DNA of 64,000 bases from Octopus sinensis (lineage: Eukaryota), in assembly GCF_006345805.1 (NCBI RefSeq), contig NC_043003.1:13764001-13828000 (forward strand), written 5' to 3'. Shown here piece by piece: positions 25,561 to 39,045 of this stretch. The translations under genes and the position numbers were made by a program. The notes under the pieces were generated by a model. It searched no databases, had not been told where the DNA came from, and was given only the letters and a program-made list of their open reading frames with translations. Position 1 is the first letter of the stretch; the number at the start of each line of letters is the position of its first letter.

Positions 25561-26401
25561 AGTGATATATGCATGTAAGTATTTATGTGTATGCAAGTAT
25601 GTAAACATATGTAATGTATTGAGTGCACAAATAGATGTGACTGTTAAACTTCAGTTTGGAGCTGCACGTAGATTATATTAGCTCCATACAGACATTAGTT
25701 TTCTGTAACATAATGTAATAAAGTGTTTCCTTGATGATCCATTGTGGTTGAACATCCAATTACACTTGGAACATCCAAGGTTTCCAAAGCAACCACAATG
25801 GTAAAACATACATAGGAACCAATGATTAAAAACTTGTTTTATCTCAATTTCTCATATTACATATAAATATAATCATTGCTATTACGCTAAAGTGTCGTAA
25901 GTCCAAAAGGTTGCTTTTTCAGTAAATGAAAAAAATAGTTTCACTATTCCATAGCAAAACCATTGTACTACACTTTGACAATTTTTGATATCTTGGCATC
26001 CGAATTAGCTGGAGATATGATAATTTGACCAAAAGCTAAAATAAATATTGAAAAGAAAAAAAGCACATTTGACCAAATTTGGACATATGACAGTTAAACA
26101 TAATAGCAATATATATATATATATATATATATCCTCAGTGGATCATTTATTCGAAAACAAAGCACACTTGAAAGCATTTTGGGCCACCGTGCCACCCACC
26201 TCATGGCCACTTAATACCCTCAGTGCCCCCACTTCACATAGCGTTCCCCAATCTACTGCCTTCCTCTCAACGCCTCCTTTTTCTCTACCGCCCCCTTAGG
26301 CACCAGTGCCCACCTGGACCGTCTCAATGCCCACCAAGGGGCAGTAGCGCCCAATTTTGAGAACCTATGCATTAAAGGATAGAGCAGTAAAGTATTTACA
26401 A

Positions 26402-26514
26402 GCAGTTAAAAATATGCCTGGTCATAGAGTGACCAAAGGTTTCACATCCATAAAGCTGAGTTCTCTGTGGATGTGAAACCATTGGTCACTATGACCGGAC
26501 ATATATTTAACTGC
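26402..26514. mobile_element. Palindromic hairpin element (family copy 1)
   Basis: About 50-bp inverted arms GCAGTTAAA.ATATG..GGTCATAGAGTGACCAA.GGTTTCACATCCA; second copy at 50705. Confidence 0.75.
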
Positions 26515-26579
26515 ATGTGAATAAATATATATATATATATATATATAAACAGAAAGAGACAAAGATATTTTCTTATTCT

Positions 26580-26910
26580 TTTCTTTCAGTCATTGGACTG
26601 CAGCCCCATGTTGAGGTACCCTGAAAAGGGCTTAGCCCCAATCAAATCAAATCTAGGGTTTATTTCTGTTGGTCTTGCTTTGCCGAACCCGCTAATGTCA
26701 GTAGTCAATCGTGGAGAGACTAACACAAAGATGTCCACCCCCAAATACACACACACACACACACAGACATGGATGCATGATAGGTTTCTTCTGCACAGTT
26801 TCACCTGCCAAATTTACTCACAAGATAATGGTCAACCTGGGGCCAGAGGGGCGGTGGGACTGAACCCAGACCATATGATTAAGAAGTGTGCTTCTTAATT
26901 ACACAGCCAG
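26580..26910 (-). mobile_element. SINE family A, diverged
   Basis: Reverse-complement tail TTCAGTCATTGGACTGCAGCC and head GGGACTGAACCC. Confidence 0.7.
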
Positions 26911-27147
26911 GCTTCCACTTATGTGTATCCTTTCATGTACGATTATACCCTCAAATCGCCCATCCCGAGGAAATAACCATTAAACAACACAGAAATGAGA
27001 ACTAGGAAATTAAGTCCATTAAGAAAGAAGAACTTTGTACATTTATAGTAACTTTCTCTGGCAAGTTGTAAGTTCATAGAGTTAGTATAAAACCATTCAG
27101 TAAAGTATTTTTTCCGGCACAATTTTAACTGTGTACACATAATATAC

Positions 27148-27182
<35 letters not shown>

Positions 27183-27207
27183 ATATATATATATATACAT
27201 AAACACA

Positions 27208-27441
27208 CAAGGGGAAGCTGAAAAGTTTCTGGTTTGGGGTAAAAGAAAATACAGGAGGATTAGTAAACTATGATTTTTATCCATCATATTCCCTTCTCAG
27301 ATTCACACTTATTGCAGTGGTCCTTCAGTTCTTTTTTTTTGACCCCTGTAACATAAAAAAAAAAAAAAAAAATTCAGGTCAGGTGTGCAACCAGACTTTT
27401 TGGGATGTCCTTAAAGTCAAGAACTTCTCAGCACCCTCTTG
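27208..27441. mobile_element. mariner-type MITE
   Basis: CAAGGGGAAGCTGAAAAGTT / AACTTCTCAGCACCCTCTTG imperfect TIR in TA context. Confidence 0.65.
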
Positions 27442-28654
27442 TATATATGCATGGATGGGCGGGTGTGAAGGTGCGCGGTGTGGTCTGGTGACTAGGGCTT
27501 TGCACTGGCAACTTCAAGAGTAAGGTTTAGATTCCCAAACTGCCACTGTGCCGTGTTCTTAAGCAAAACACTTCCATTTCATGTTGGTGCACCTCCGCTC
27601 AGCTCCTGATGAGTAACTCTTTGAGATGAATTGGCATTTTGTTCAGGGGGCATGTTGGCCCACCTGCCTGATCAGGTGTGAAGAGGAATAGGAGCATTGT
27701 GACCAGTGGTGTGTAACCATATCTGACGGTCTGGTTGGAGTAGTAACATATATATATATACACACACACACACGTGTATGTTTATATACACCTGCTTATG
27801 TATTTCTATACAGAATATATATTTATAGCAAAAGCCAATTACACACACACACACACACTTGTCCCCACCCCTGTCTCATTTTCCTCAAACAGTAAGCAAC
27901 AAGTTTTAATTGCACCCCGATTGTGTGAAAGCAGAATAGAAATCAAGTTTCATACACTGTACAGATTTGTAATTAACCCATTATCTCTGGCTAATTGTTG
28001 AATTCATACATACATACATCAGCTCTGTCCCTCTCTCTCTCTCTCTATCCAGTTTAATCAAAACCTCACCTATGACTTGGGCGCTGAAAGATTAACTTGA
28101 AAACAACAGCTTTAAGCTTTTGTATTGGTATAAACTCAAACCCATTCATTACTCCAGGGAGTTTATAAATAAATAGAAAGAGAGAATTTCCGCCTTAAAT
28201 TAAGTGTTTGTTTTTATTGAAATAATTCATTGACGTGTATTCCTGTGGGTGGCAGGTTCAAAACAAGCTATGTCCGGCCACTTGGAATAAAACTCAAAAG
28301 TTTTAAGAGTGAATAAAAAAAAAATAAAAAGCCTAACCTGTATTCGTTAACCTCACAAAATACATTTTGTTGGACCTTTTACGTGTTTCAGTCATTGAAC
28401 TGCGGCCGTTCTGGGGCACTGCTTTGAGGGATTTTTATTGTACTTTTTTTTATTTTATTTTTATAACTGATACTTATTCTACTGCACACTTTTATCGATC
28501 CGCTAAGTTATGGAGGACTTAGACAAACCAATAAATACCAGCTCTGAAGCGATACTGGTGGGAATAAACTCAAAAACATATTTCCGCCTACCAAACCAAC
28601 TCACAGGGTTTCGGTCGGCCCGAGATTATTTAAAGATTAAACTTTTTGTGCTAT

Positions 28655-28698
28655 TATATATATACACACAAACACAAACAATTCATTATATACACACA

Positions 28699-28745
<47 letters not shown>

Positions 28746-28843
28746 ATACACACACACAAACAATTCATTATATACACACAACACATACATACATATATAT
28801 ATATATACATACACACACAAACAATTCATTATATACACACAAC

Positions 28844-28874
<31 letters not shown>

Positions 28875-28935
28875 CATACACACACAAACAATTCATTATA
28901 TATATATATATATACACACACACACATATATATTA
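28655..28935. repeat. Minisatellite, ~55-bp unit containing CAAACAATTCATTATA
   Basis: Four units. Confidence 0.8.
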
Positions 28936-30054
28936 CATGATTAATAAACAAATTTAAAAAGCAGAAGTTATGAAATTTACCTAAGCAGTAAGATATTTTC
29001 AAATGGGTTTATCATTCATTGTTGTTCACCCACCACCCACACTCTGGCATTTCTGACATATTTTAACGAATTGTTTGAAGCCGGTTCGTCACCAGGGTAG
29101 ATACCCTACTTACAACTAACTATCAATTCACTCGAGTAAGTCAGTCAGAAATGCTGGGTGCGAATCAATTCAAGTCACCTATGTTTTGTGGTTTGAATTT
29201 CTAAAGCAAAAATAACTGGCTGGTTTTTTGGGGTAGTTTTTTTTTTTTTTTTTTTTTTTTTTTTGTAATTTATTTAATTTTTTTTTTTTTTTGAGTACTT
29301 AAAAATTGTGTTTAAAGAATGTTCTTTTGAAGTTTAAACAGAGTGGAGAAAGCGAGTAAGCAACTGAGTATAACACTCGAAAATAATAAACAAGCACGTT
29401 TCAGGAAGTCTCTAAAAAAAACAGATGTAATACAAGAAAGAAATAGCAGAAGGTGCTAATAGCAATATTAATTCCTAACATTGGCACGAGGCCAGAAAAT
29501 CTAGGTGAGCTTCGTCGATTAAATCTACCACAATACTTGACAGGTATATATATATATATATATTATCGGACATGAAGAAACGAAAGGTAGGTTTTGAACT
29601 CGGAACAAAAAGGGGCATAACTAAATGCCGGAAGGCTCCTTTTCATTTTGGCACTCAAACGTTTCTGCCGATAATAATTTCTGATATTGGCACAAAGCCA
29701 CAAATTTCCTGGAAGGAACAATCAATTAAATCGATCCCGAGAAGGATGAAAGCGATGTTGTCTCCGACTGGATTCGATCGCAGACCGTAAGGGGACGTAA
29801 CTAATAACGCGACGTCTATTGTCCAGCGCTCTACCAATTTTGCCAAATGCTATATATATATACATACACACGCAAATAACAAGATTGCTGAACAAAAATA
29901 TTCCCTCACGGTAACAATGCCAGTAATTTTTGTTTGTTTATGAGACACCAGCTGAAGAAGAACAAGAAGGAGGAGAAGAAGAAGGAGGGCTATTTCTGAA
30001 GTAAAGAATGAATACAAGTTAGGTTTGCAGCTAGAGGTTGTCTAACGAACTTAC

Positions 30055-30236
30055 TATATTCAGATAAACAGGAGCAGGGTGGAGACGGGTGAAGCCAGAG
30101 AATGCTGGATACATGAAGGTGTACGCGGTATGAATGGACCTGTGTGTGTGTCGGTGGAGGTACACCTTAAATACAGAGTTGACCTGGCCCACACAATACA
30201 ATATCTTCCCGCACAGAGCGTGTGACATTTTACTGC
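30055..30236 (-). CDS. Putative internal exon (SKMSHALCGKILYCVGQVNSVFKVYLHRH...LHPAPVYLNI), unknown product
   Basis: 182 nt, higher GC than surroundings, open in the phase-1 frame compatible with 32077, donor ATA|GTAAGT; acceptor weak (TATGAAG). Confidence 0.3.
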
Positions 30237-31601
30237 CTTCATAATGCAGGGTACATTATTAAAGAAAGGTGAGGAGAAAGCTTAGAAAAAAAATGATGAA
30301 GGCACCTGGTAAAAACGAGGGTTTATCAATTAAAAATAAAAAAAAATCAACCATTCCTTTTGAAATTCTTTTAAAATAAACCAACTTGTATATAATAATA
30401 ATGTCGTCTTTATTTATTAGGTATGTGTGAGTTTGTGTAGTGTGTGAGTGTATAAATAAAAATGTATAGTTTGGGAAAAATAAGCCAGATAAGAAACGAG
30501 GATACAAATAAGTATATAACAGATAGGAACATAGTTAAAGTTCACCACCATCCCTACCTTTAAGTGTCTCTCACTCTATAAAGGATAGATAGACCAAGGC
30601 TTCTCTTCATATATATATATTTGTGCCAGTTGGAAGTAGGACTGAGAATTTACAAACGGAGCCGCGGGCGAATGAGTATGTGAAAACACACACACACAAA
30701 GCATGTCTCTCGGTGTGTGTGTGTGAGAGAGAGAGCAAATGTGCGCGTGTGTATGATATATATGTGTGTGTGTGTGTGTGTATATATATGTCTTTGTATG
30801 TGTATATATATATATATTTATTTATAGATTTATATTTAGATAGATAGAGAGAGAGTGGAAGAAATGTGTGTATGTTGTATTGACGTGCACCTGAAAGTAG
30901 AAGCGCTTCGAAGTAGAACAGAAGAAGAACCTGCTTTCTAAAAAGCGTTAGTTCTAAAAATTGTCTCTTTTCGCTTTCTTTTTATAAACAGAGAAAGCAT
31001 GCTGTTTGTTATTGTGAAGAAGAAGAACACACATCACACGGACCGAAAGTATTTCGTTATAGGGAGAAGGAAAAACCAACAACAAAAAATCCCAAACCCT
31101 GAGAGAGATAGAAAGAGAGAGACATATACACACACACACAAAAAAAGAAGCTTCCACAGAGACGATGACAGTTAATCCGTTTAAATCCGTGGAACAACAG
31201 AAAAGCTCACTACACTTTAATACATAATCATATTGTGATAATATAAAAATGCTTGAGTGTCTTCACTTTTAATGACGAAAGTGGGGGGAAAAAATCACAT
31301 TTGGATACAGAGGTTCTTAATGAACTCGTTGGTTAATTTTATAATTTTTGACACAAAACTAGTCAGTCGTCGCCTGGCCGCTAATCATAGATGAATGGAT
31401 GGTTCGGTTTGTGGATAGTAGATGGTACATTTTATAATCTCACCAGTTATTATTGTTGTTATTGTTATTATTATTACTCATATTATACAAAATCCACGTT
31501 AACTAATTGTTCGTAAAATAAGAAAAAGGAAACATTGATCACATCAATGTTATTATTTATTTCAAACGATAGAGAGAGAGAGATATACCAGGGGAATAGA
31601 G

Positions 31602-31642
<41 letters not shown>

Positions 31643-32076
31643 CAGGGGAAAGGGGTTTTATGATGGAAAAAATGTTCTTTATTCTTTCACAGTGTGAGAG
31701 TAAATAAGCGACAAATATGAACGAACACACGATCGTTTGTTTCCGAAGCGATGAATAATAGCAAAGAGAAAAGACAAGAGGACCAGAAAAGAAGGTGAGA
31801 TGAGAAAATGGAAAAAACGTGATGAGGGCGAGTGGGAGCAGGATGATGAAGGAGAGCCGGGTTTGTGGAGAAAAGGTGGAGGGGTGGACGGGCAAAAATG
31901 TTATCTCTCTCCCCCTCTCTCTTTCTCTTTCTGTCTCTCGATCGACACAAGAGAGAGAAAGAAGAACCAACTCCGCACGCACTTACTGCTTGCTGCTCTT
32001 TCATCTAATTTTTCTGCACTTTTCAAGGGGGGGGGATGAGGAAAAGTGTTTAAAATTAAAGAGTGAATTTACTCAC

Positions 32077-32164
32077 CGTCAAAGCACCAGTAGGCATTAC
32101 GAAATGCATCCTGCTCAACGTTTATAGCTTTCTGGAAAAGGAGGAGAAAAGTAAGATGAATCAT
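32077..32164 (-). CDS. Putative first coding exon (MIHLTFLLLFQKAINVEQDAFRNAYWCFD-G), unknown product
   Basis: ATG after a CT-rich UTR-like stretch; consensus donor GACG|GTGAGT; phase 1; no recognised homology. Confidence 0.3.
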
Positions 32165-32288
32165 TTGAAAGGCAGCTGTGCTTCAGTTGACTGAGCAGAC
32201 ACTACATAGAACAAGCAGGGAAGGCGAGCACAGGCAGAGAACGAAGAAGAGATATTACAGTAGCAGTGGTGGTGATGATGGTGGTGGT

Positions 32289-32323
<35 letters not shown>

Positions 32324-33907
32324 CACACACATAGCGAGTGTATGAGAGAAAGAGAGAGAGAGAGAAAGCTGGTAAACCAACCGCCTGCTAGCTTGCTTGG
32401 CTTTGGTCTGCCTGCTTCTTGTGTGTGTGAGAGAGAGTGAGTGAGTGTATATGAGAGAGAGAGAGTATGCATGTGCGTGTATATAAGAGAGAGCGAGCGA
32501 GTGTGTGTACGCATATATATATATATCTATATATATGTGTATATACACACGAATGTAGAAGAGAGTGTATATGTACGTGTGTGTGTCTTTGCTTGCCAGT
32601 CTGCTTGTTGGACCACCTCTGGGCAGGGAGCGTAGAAAGAGAAATGGAAAAAGACACCAAAACACACACCACCATTCAGTAGTGAAAATGGAGAAGCAGG
32701 CTCGACAAGTAATAATCTTAGCATTCGGCTAAAAAAGAAATTCTGGACACATATACATCAGCAAGCAAACATTAAGCAGACTGTTTTAAAACCACAGCCG
32801 AGGAATATTCAATAAGCGAGAAGGGACTTTGGAGCCAGTCGTATAAAGTCATTGATTTAATAGTGGGAGCTTGGCAGCATCCTGATATGTTTCTCCAAAT
32901 GGTTTTACTCCTTATCTCCTGAGCAGCTAAACAAGCCAAATATTTGTGTGTGAATGTGTGGTGGGGGATACGGTACTTATAGTGAAATTTATTGTTACCG
33001 CTTTTTCGACGAAGTAAAATGTTTCTTGGACAAACGACTAAAAGAAGGTGTAATAGAGAATAACAGGCTGAAAGGGTGAAATATGAAAGAAAAATACAGA
33101 GATGAGAGAAAGAAACAAAAATAAGGGATGTTTGAAAAGGGAAAAAGGAAGAAACGAGAGGAAAAGTTCCAAAATGGTTTGGCAAAAAGAGACCGATAGA
33201 ATTAAGTATGAGGTTTTAAAAATATATAATAAGTACTAGAGTCGATTCGTTCGAGTAAGTAAAAAAAAAAAAACCCTTCAAAGGCGGTGCCCCAGCATGG
33301 GCGCAGTCCAATGACTGAAACAAGAGATAAAAGAACAACAACAAGAACAAAAGATAAAAAAGTAGAGGGAGACAGAGAGGAGAGGAAATGTTGAATGAAA
33401 GTTGTGTGAGAGAACGAAAAATGAAAAGGAAGAAAACGGAAAGAGATTTGTAAAAGCATAAACAAGACACGAGAGAAAAATATGGATAAGATAGAAGTGC
33501 AAGAGCGCGCAAATTTTAAGCGCGCGATAGGGTGTATATTTCATGTGTATGTATGTATATATGTATGTGTGTATATAAATAGTTTGATAAGGTACCTTGG
33601 TGAAAGTTCGAAATAACTCAAGTTATATTAAAAATTTTATTTATCGAGTCCTGGGTGGAAAATAATGTTTGGTTATTTTTGTACTTTTTTTTAACTGATA
33701 CACAGATAAATTAGGAAGATAGAAGGATGGATAGACAGAGTGACAGATAGGGAAATGGACAAACGAGTAAGAAATAGATGGATAGACAAACCAAACAAAT
33801 GCGTGGAGTAGATAGATTGTGGGTGTATTTTTACTAAACGAGCAATAAGTTCACCGAGGAGTCTACCACACGGTTCCCATCTAACATCCCAGCATGATAT
33901 ATATATA

Positions 33908-33940
<33 letters not shown>

Positions 33941-34155
33941 TGCCCTTAAATCCTTTAAAATGTTTTAGCCCGAACGCCGCGGCCATGCTGGGGCACCACC
34001 ATATATATATACCCATATATGCATGTCTATATACATATAGATGTAGGTATATATATATATATATTACCCATATATGCATGCATATATACATATAGATGTA
34101 GGTATGTACATATATGTATGTATATATGCATATGTTTTATTTATTAATTTGTTAT

Positions 34156-34189
<34 letters not shown>

Positions 34190-34405
34190 ATACACACATA
34201 TATATATACACACACACACATATATACACACACATATATATATACACACACATATATATATACACACATATATATATATACACACACATATATATATATA
34301 TACACATATATATATATGTAGTTTGTGTGCGTGTGGAGAGAGAGAGGAGAAATCAGTTTGTCTCAGGTTTTGTATATTTGTACACGCACATACACAATCT
34401 GAAGA

Positions 34406-34436
<31 letters not shown>

Positions 34437-34821
34437 CGTACATTATGTGTACACATACAAACATAATCACACACACACACATACGTACATACATACATAC
34501 ACACATATATGTGCGAGTGTGTGTGCGTGATTTAAAACTAAGTATGGAAGCAAATACGCGATAAAATCAAAAGTGAGTATTCCTATGGTAGCCGAACCGA
34601 CATCTCCCAGTTGACGTATTGTGCTCCAAGATGTAGTTTTTGGTTTCCCACAGGGTGCCACAAATTTTTGATCATCTTTTTCATAGATGTAGTTTTAAAT
34701 CGACACTTAGAAACATGTATATTCCGCCCCAATGTTGCATTAGTCCCCAAAAAACTGTGAATGTTTATATAACACAGACACACAGATACACAATCTTTCG
34801 GGACTAAAATAAGATTAAAGA

Positions 34822-34892
<71 letters not shown>

Positions 34893-35284
34893 AAATGATA
34901 CGTTTGGTTCTTCGTTAAGTTTTAGCGATGACGGTTAACCCCCATGCTGGAGCAATATTATTTTGGTTATGTACAAACGAAAGAATTTACGTGTGACAAT
35001 ATTTTCTTTTTTATTTCATTCGAAGCTGATGGCTCACACGTTTGCTCCTCAGAGTTCATTCTACGAACGATCTTTCAGCCAACAATACATGTGTATACAC
35101 ACACACATACATACATACACACGTATATATCATATACATTACATACAAAACTAGGGAGAGCCAAAACTGAAAGAAACCCCATCATAAATGAAGACGCCAG
35201 AAAATTTTAAATAATGTAACTTGGATACGATCGTCAGTAAGACGCCAATAATTATATATACATGTGTGTATATATGTGCGTGCG

Positions 35285-35321
<37 letters not shown>

Positions 35322-35940
35322 AATTATACACACATATATGTTCGCGCCTTTGTGTGTGTGTATATATATATATATATACACACACATATATATATATACA
35401 TACATACATGATAGGAGTAGTAAGAGGTGTAGAATAAGTACTAAATTATTTGATATATGTAAAAGTCAGCAGCAGCAGTATTGGTAGTGGTAGTAGTAGT
35501 AGTAGTAGCAGCAGCAGCAGTAATCCAAATGCTATCAACAGGTTCTATTCACTAATTCATTTAAGTTCATTGAAGAAGTTTATGATTATACCATTGACAA
35601 TATGATAACCAGACTGATTAAGGTGTTGTTTCTGTCGCTTTAGCTTCAATAGCAGAACGACAATCAAAACCATTTCAGCCGTGACCTTCCTGTGTTTACA
35701 GGTACTACCGAGTCCAAATGTAACTTCCTTTAAAAATGATAGGGAGTGGTTTTAAGGGAGTTTCTGGCTGCTACTTCTAGCGGCGTCGATGCTCTGCGTT
35801 AGTCGGAGAATGATTAAAGAGTTGACCCAACGTTGACAAAAGGCAGAGCTAGTTTGTCCAGGCGCAAGTTGTTTTTAAATAGAGAGAAAGGAGCAGGCGA
35901 GGAGAAAAGGTGAACAAGTATTAAGATCGTGATTAAAGCA

Positions 35941-36150
35941 AAGAGGTATATGTCTGTGTTTGTCCCCCTAGCATTGCTTGACGACCGATGCTGGTGTGTT
36001 TACGTCCCCGTCACTTAGCGGTTCGGCAAAACAGACAGATAGAATAAGTACTAGGCTTACAAAGAATATGTCCCGGGGTCGATTTGCTCGACTAAAGGCG
36101 GTGCTCCAGCATGGCCGCAGTCAAATGACTGAAACAAGTAAAAGTAAAAA
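35941..36150 (+). mobile_element. SINE family A, 3' half
   Basis: Matches the 3' part of 6714-7138; CpGs retained. Confidence 0.8.
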
Positions 36151-36349
36151 GAGTATATATATATATATATATATGAGTGTGTGTGCTGTCTCTCACTTAT
36201 GAAGGCCAAACTTTTCCAGAAGTGTTTGTCTGGAACCCTGAATTCTACCCCTAGAGACATACGTATTATAATAACAGCAAAGAAAAACAAATCACGGCAA
36301 TAGGTTGTAAGTCAAAAAGTCAATCCTATTTATAACACAATAATAAATA

Positions 36350-37262
36350 ATCCTTTCTATTATAGGCACAAGGCCTGGATTTTGTGGGGAGGGAGTTAGT
36401 CGATCACATCGACCCCAGTACTCAACTGATACTTAATTTACAAACCCCGAAAGGACGAAAGGCAAAGTCGACCCCCAGCGGCGTTTTATTTCAGAAGAAT
36501 AAAAATAACCCTTTCTACTATGGGCACAAGGCCTGAAATTTTGGGGGAGGGGACCAGTCGAATACATTGACTCCAGTACTCAACTGGTATTTATTTCATT
36601 GACTCTGAAAGGGTGAAAGGCAATATCGACCTCAGGGGAATTTGAACTCTGAATGCAAAGACGAACAAAATGCTGCCAAAGCGTTTTGCATGGTATCCTA
36701 ACGATTCTGCCAGCTCACCTTAATAATAATAATAATAATATGATGATGATGATGATGATGATAATAATTAATTCTGGTTTATTGGCTGCAAGGGCTAACA
36801 AAAATCAAAGAAACATATAAGGACAAATACAGGACGAAAAGTACAAAGGGCTTTGTCCGAAAGAAAGGTCCCTGTAAAAATTCAAGATAACAACAAAAAT
36901 ATATATAACAAGTAAAAACTCCGGATAGTGGGAGACACTTCAAAAGGTTACTTGTAGGAAAACCCCATAAAAACCACGGGAACCTGGTCAAAAAGGGGTA
37001 GAGAGCCCCTTTCTCCTTTTATATTACCTTTTTTTTTTTACAGGTGTAACCTCAGAATTGGTCTGTTTATACTGGCCAATCCTATCTATTATAGACCTGA
37101 AATTGGGGGGAGGGGGGTAGTTGATTACATTACGCCGACCCCCCCCCCCGCCCCAGTACACAGCTCATACTTTATCGAACCTAAAATGATGAAAGGCAAA
37201 GTCAATCTCAGAGGGATTTGAACTCAGAACGTAAAAATGGACAAACTGTCTGCCAGCCTGGC
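36350..37262 (-). mobile_element. Cluster of three SINE family B copies with a possible L1/Tx1-like 3' tail (36780-37010)
   Basis: Family B motifs at 36350-36480, 36505-36720 and 37085-37260. Confidence 0.65.
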
Positions 37263-37373
37263 ATCTTTTTTTTTTCTTTTTTACATATAATAAAAGTAGT
37301 TACCAGTGTGTGTGTATAAAATAAAATAAAAATTGAAATAGAGCCAGTGAGTGCACAATATATATATATTTCC

Positions 37374-37410
<37 letters not shown>

Positions 37411-37732
37411 AATATATATATATATATGGAAAAAGTCAAGATAGAAAAGGCTAAAATAATTTTATAAAAAACATGTCTGCACCGGTTTCAGTCACTGAGA
37501 CTTTTTCAACTGTAAATATACAAAACAACTGAGTTTTGGAAAAATTAAAAGAAAAGTTTTTTGAAAGAATATTTGCATAGTGTTCAAGTACAAGTGGCAT
37601 TTTCCTTGTTTCTGCCTGTTTCTCTCTCTCTCTCTCTTGTTTACTCTTGTGGGTTCAAGGCCATTGTATATATATACACACTCACACACATGTATATATG
37701 CATTTATATAATACATATAAACATACATATAT

Positions 37733-38120
37733 ATGGAGTGGCTGTGTGGTAAGAAGCTTGCTTCTGAACCACGTAGTTCTGGGTTCAGTCCCACTGCATG
37801 GCACCTTGGGCAAGAGTCTTCTACTATAGCCTTAGACCGACCAAAGCCTTGTCAATGGATTTGGTAGACGGAAATTGAAAGAAGCCCATCGTATATGTGT
37901 GTGTGCTTGTGTGTCTGTATTTTCCCCTCCCCACCAACCATTGCTTGACACCTGATGTTGGTGTGTTTACAACCCCGTAACTTAGCGGCTTGGCAAAAGA
38001 AACCGATAGAATAAGTACTAGGCTTACAAGGAATAAGTCCTGGGGTCGATTTGTTCGACTAAAGGTGGTGCTCCAGCATGGCCGCAGTCAAACGACTGAA
38101 ACAAGTAAAAGAATAAAAGA
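37733..38120 (+). mobile_element. SINE family A, full length
   Basis: Same motifs as 6714-7138. Confidence 0.85.
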
Positions 38121-38707
38121 ACATACAGTTTGGTTGGTTATCCACAGAAAGAAATAAAGCACACACTAAAAGAGAAATTGTGATTAGACTTACATATTGT
38201 TGAGCGGTTATATTCCTTGGTTATGGCATACAACCAGTCACAAAGTTACCATTGGTTATATGCCACAGCCAGGAATATACTATACAACAATGTGTGTGTG
38301 TAAACAAATAACATATAAATCCTTGGTTTAGTGAAATTATCTCCACTTTCAGAGAGGGTAGAACAATCACACGTTGGAAATTAGGTCCAACTCCAATCTC
38401 AGATGATTTCAAGAAGAAAGAATTTCTCTAACAGAGACATACCTTCAGGCTTAAAAAACATATTCTGATTGTTTGGAGACAAGTGGACAGTTGTGGACAA
38501 ATGTTTTGGCATTAATATGCATCGTCAGAACACCTGCCTTTTCTATGAATCAAGAATCTATCTTATATGGTATTTAATATACCTATACTTGCTTTTGTTG
38601 TTCAAATTACATGCTACTGGTCACTCTGAGTCATTTCCCATAGCATATGTTTATCATACACACACAATAATGATGGTGATGGTGATTATGATGATGATGA
38701 TGATGAT

Positions 38708-39045
38708 AAGAGCACTCAGAGAGCGCAAACCTCCGCCAAGGCAACGCCAACATCCTCTCAACAATTAGCCAGAGATGATTTTTAAAATGAGAATATCTGA
38801 AATAAACTCGACTACTTTCACGAATGAGAATACTAAAAGTGAAACCAACAGCTCTCAAAAATTAAGTAAAAAGACAGGAAGAAAAATTCAGAATCCTTAT
38901 TCGATACCAGATTGATCCCAAAATCTAATCAGTTCATGCCAAACATCCCTGAAAGTTTCATCTGAATCCATCCAGTGGTTCTTGAGATATCTTGTCCACG
39001 GACAGACTGAAAACAATACCTCTGCCTTCGCTAAGGCAGAGGTAA
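38708..39045 (-). mobile_element. Helentron-associated non-autonomous element (HINE/DINE-like)
   Basis: CCTCTGCCTT-CGCT-AAGGCAGAGG hairpin at one end; GCACTC-AGA-GAGCGC and CCTCCGCCAAGG at the other. Confidence 0.7.

Larger units (their letters stand above)
28450..36150. promoter_or_regulatory. CpG-retaining, GA/CT-rich candidate promoter / first-exon region
   Basis: Visibly more CpG (e.g. 29720-29830, 30655-30670, 31365-31380, 33505-33525, 35780-35790), including in old diverged repeats; long unique non-TE stretches. Confidence 0.45.

Noticed and set aside
25732-25801. 12-bp inverted repeat as a pre-miRNA
   Set aside because: The interior pairs poorly and asymmetrically.
30055-30080. PAPVYLNI resembling the start of a PPPDE/DeSI peptidase (PVxLNVYD)
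   Set aside because: I found no downstream exon beginning YD(M/L) or containing the HSG or NCN motifs.
30895-30930. GAA/TTC cluster as a heat-shock element
   Set aside because: Spacing does not match nGAAnnTTCn.
933-35487. Numerous ORFs rich in Y/I/H/T/C/V (e.g. 7184-7720, 21737-22453, 34064-34504)
   Set aside because: Translations of (TA)n/(CA)n microsatellites; no coding signal.
38500-38532. Hammerhead-like CTGACGA-TGCAT-ATTA-ATGCC-AAAAC-ATTT-GTC on the minus strand
   Set aside because: G12 missing and no stem I pairing; compatible with chance.
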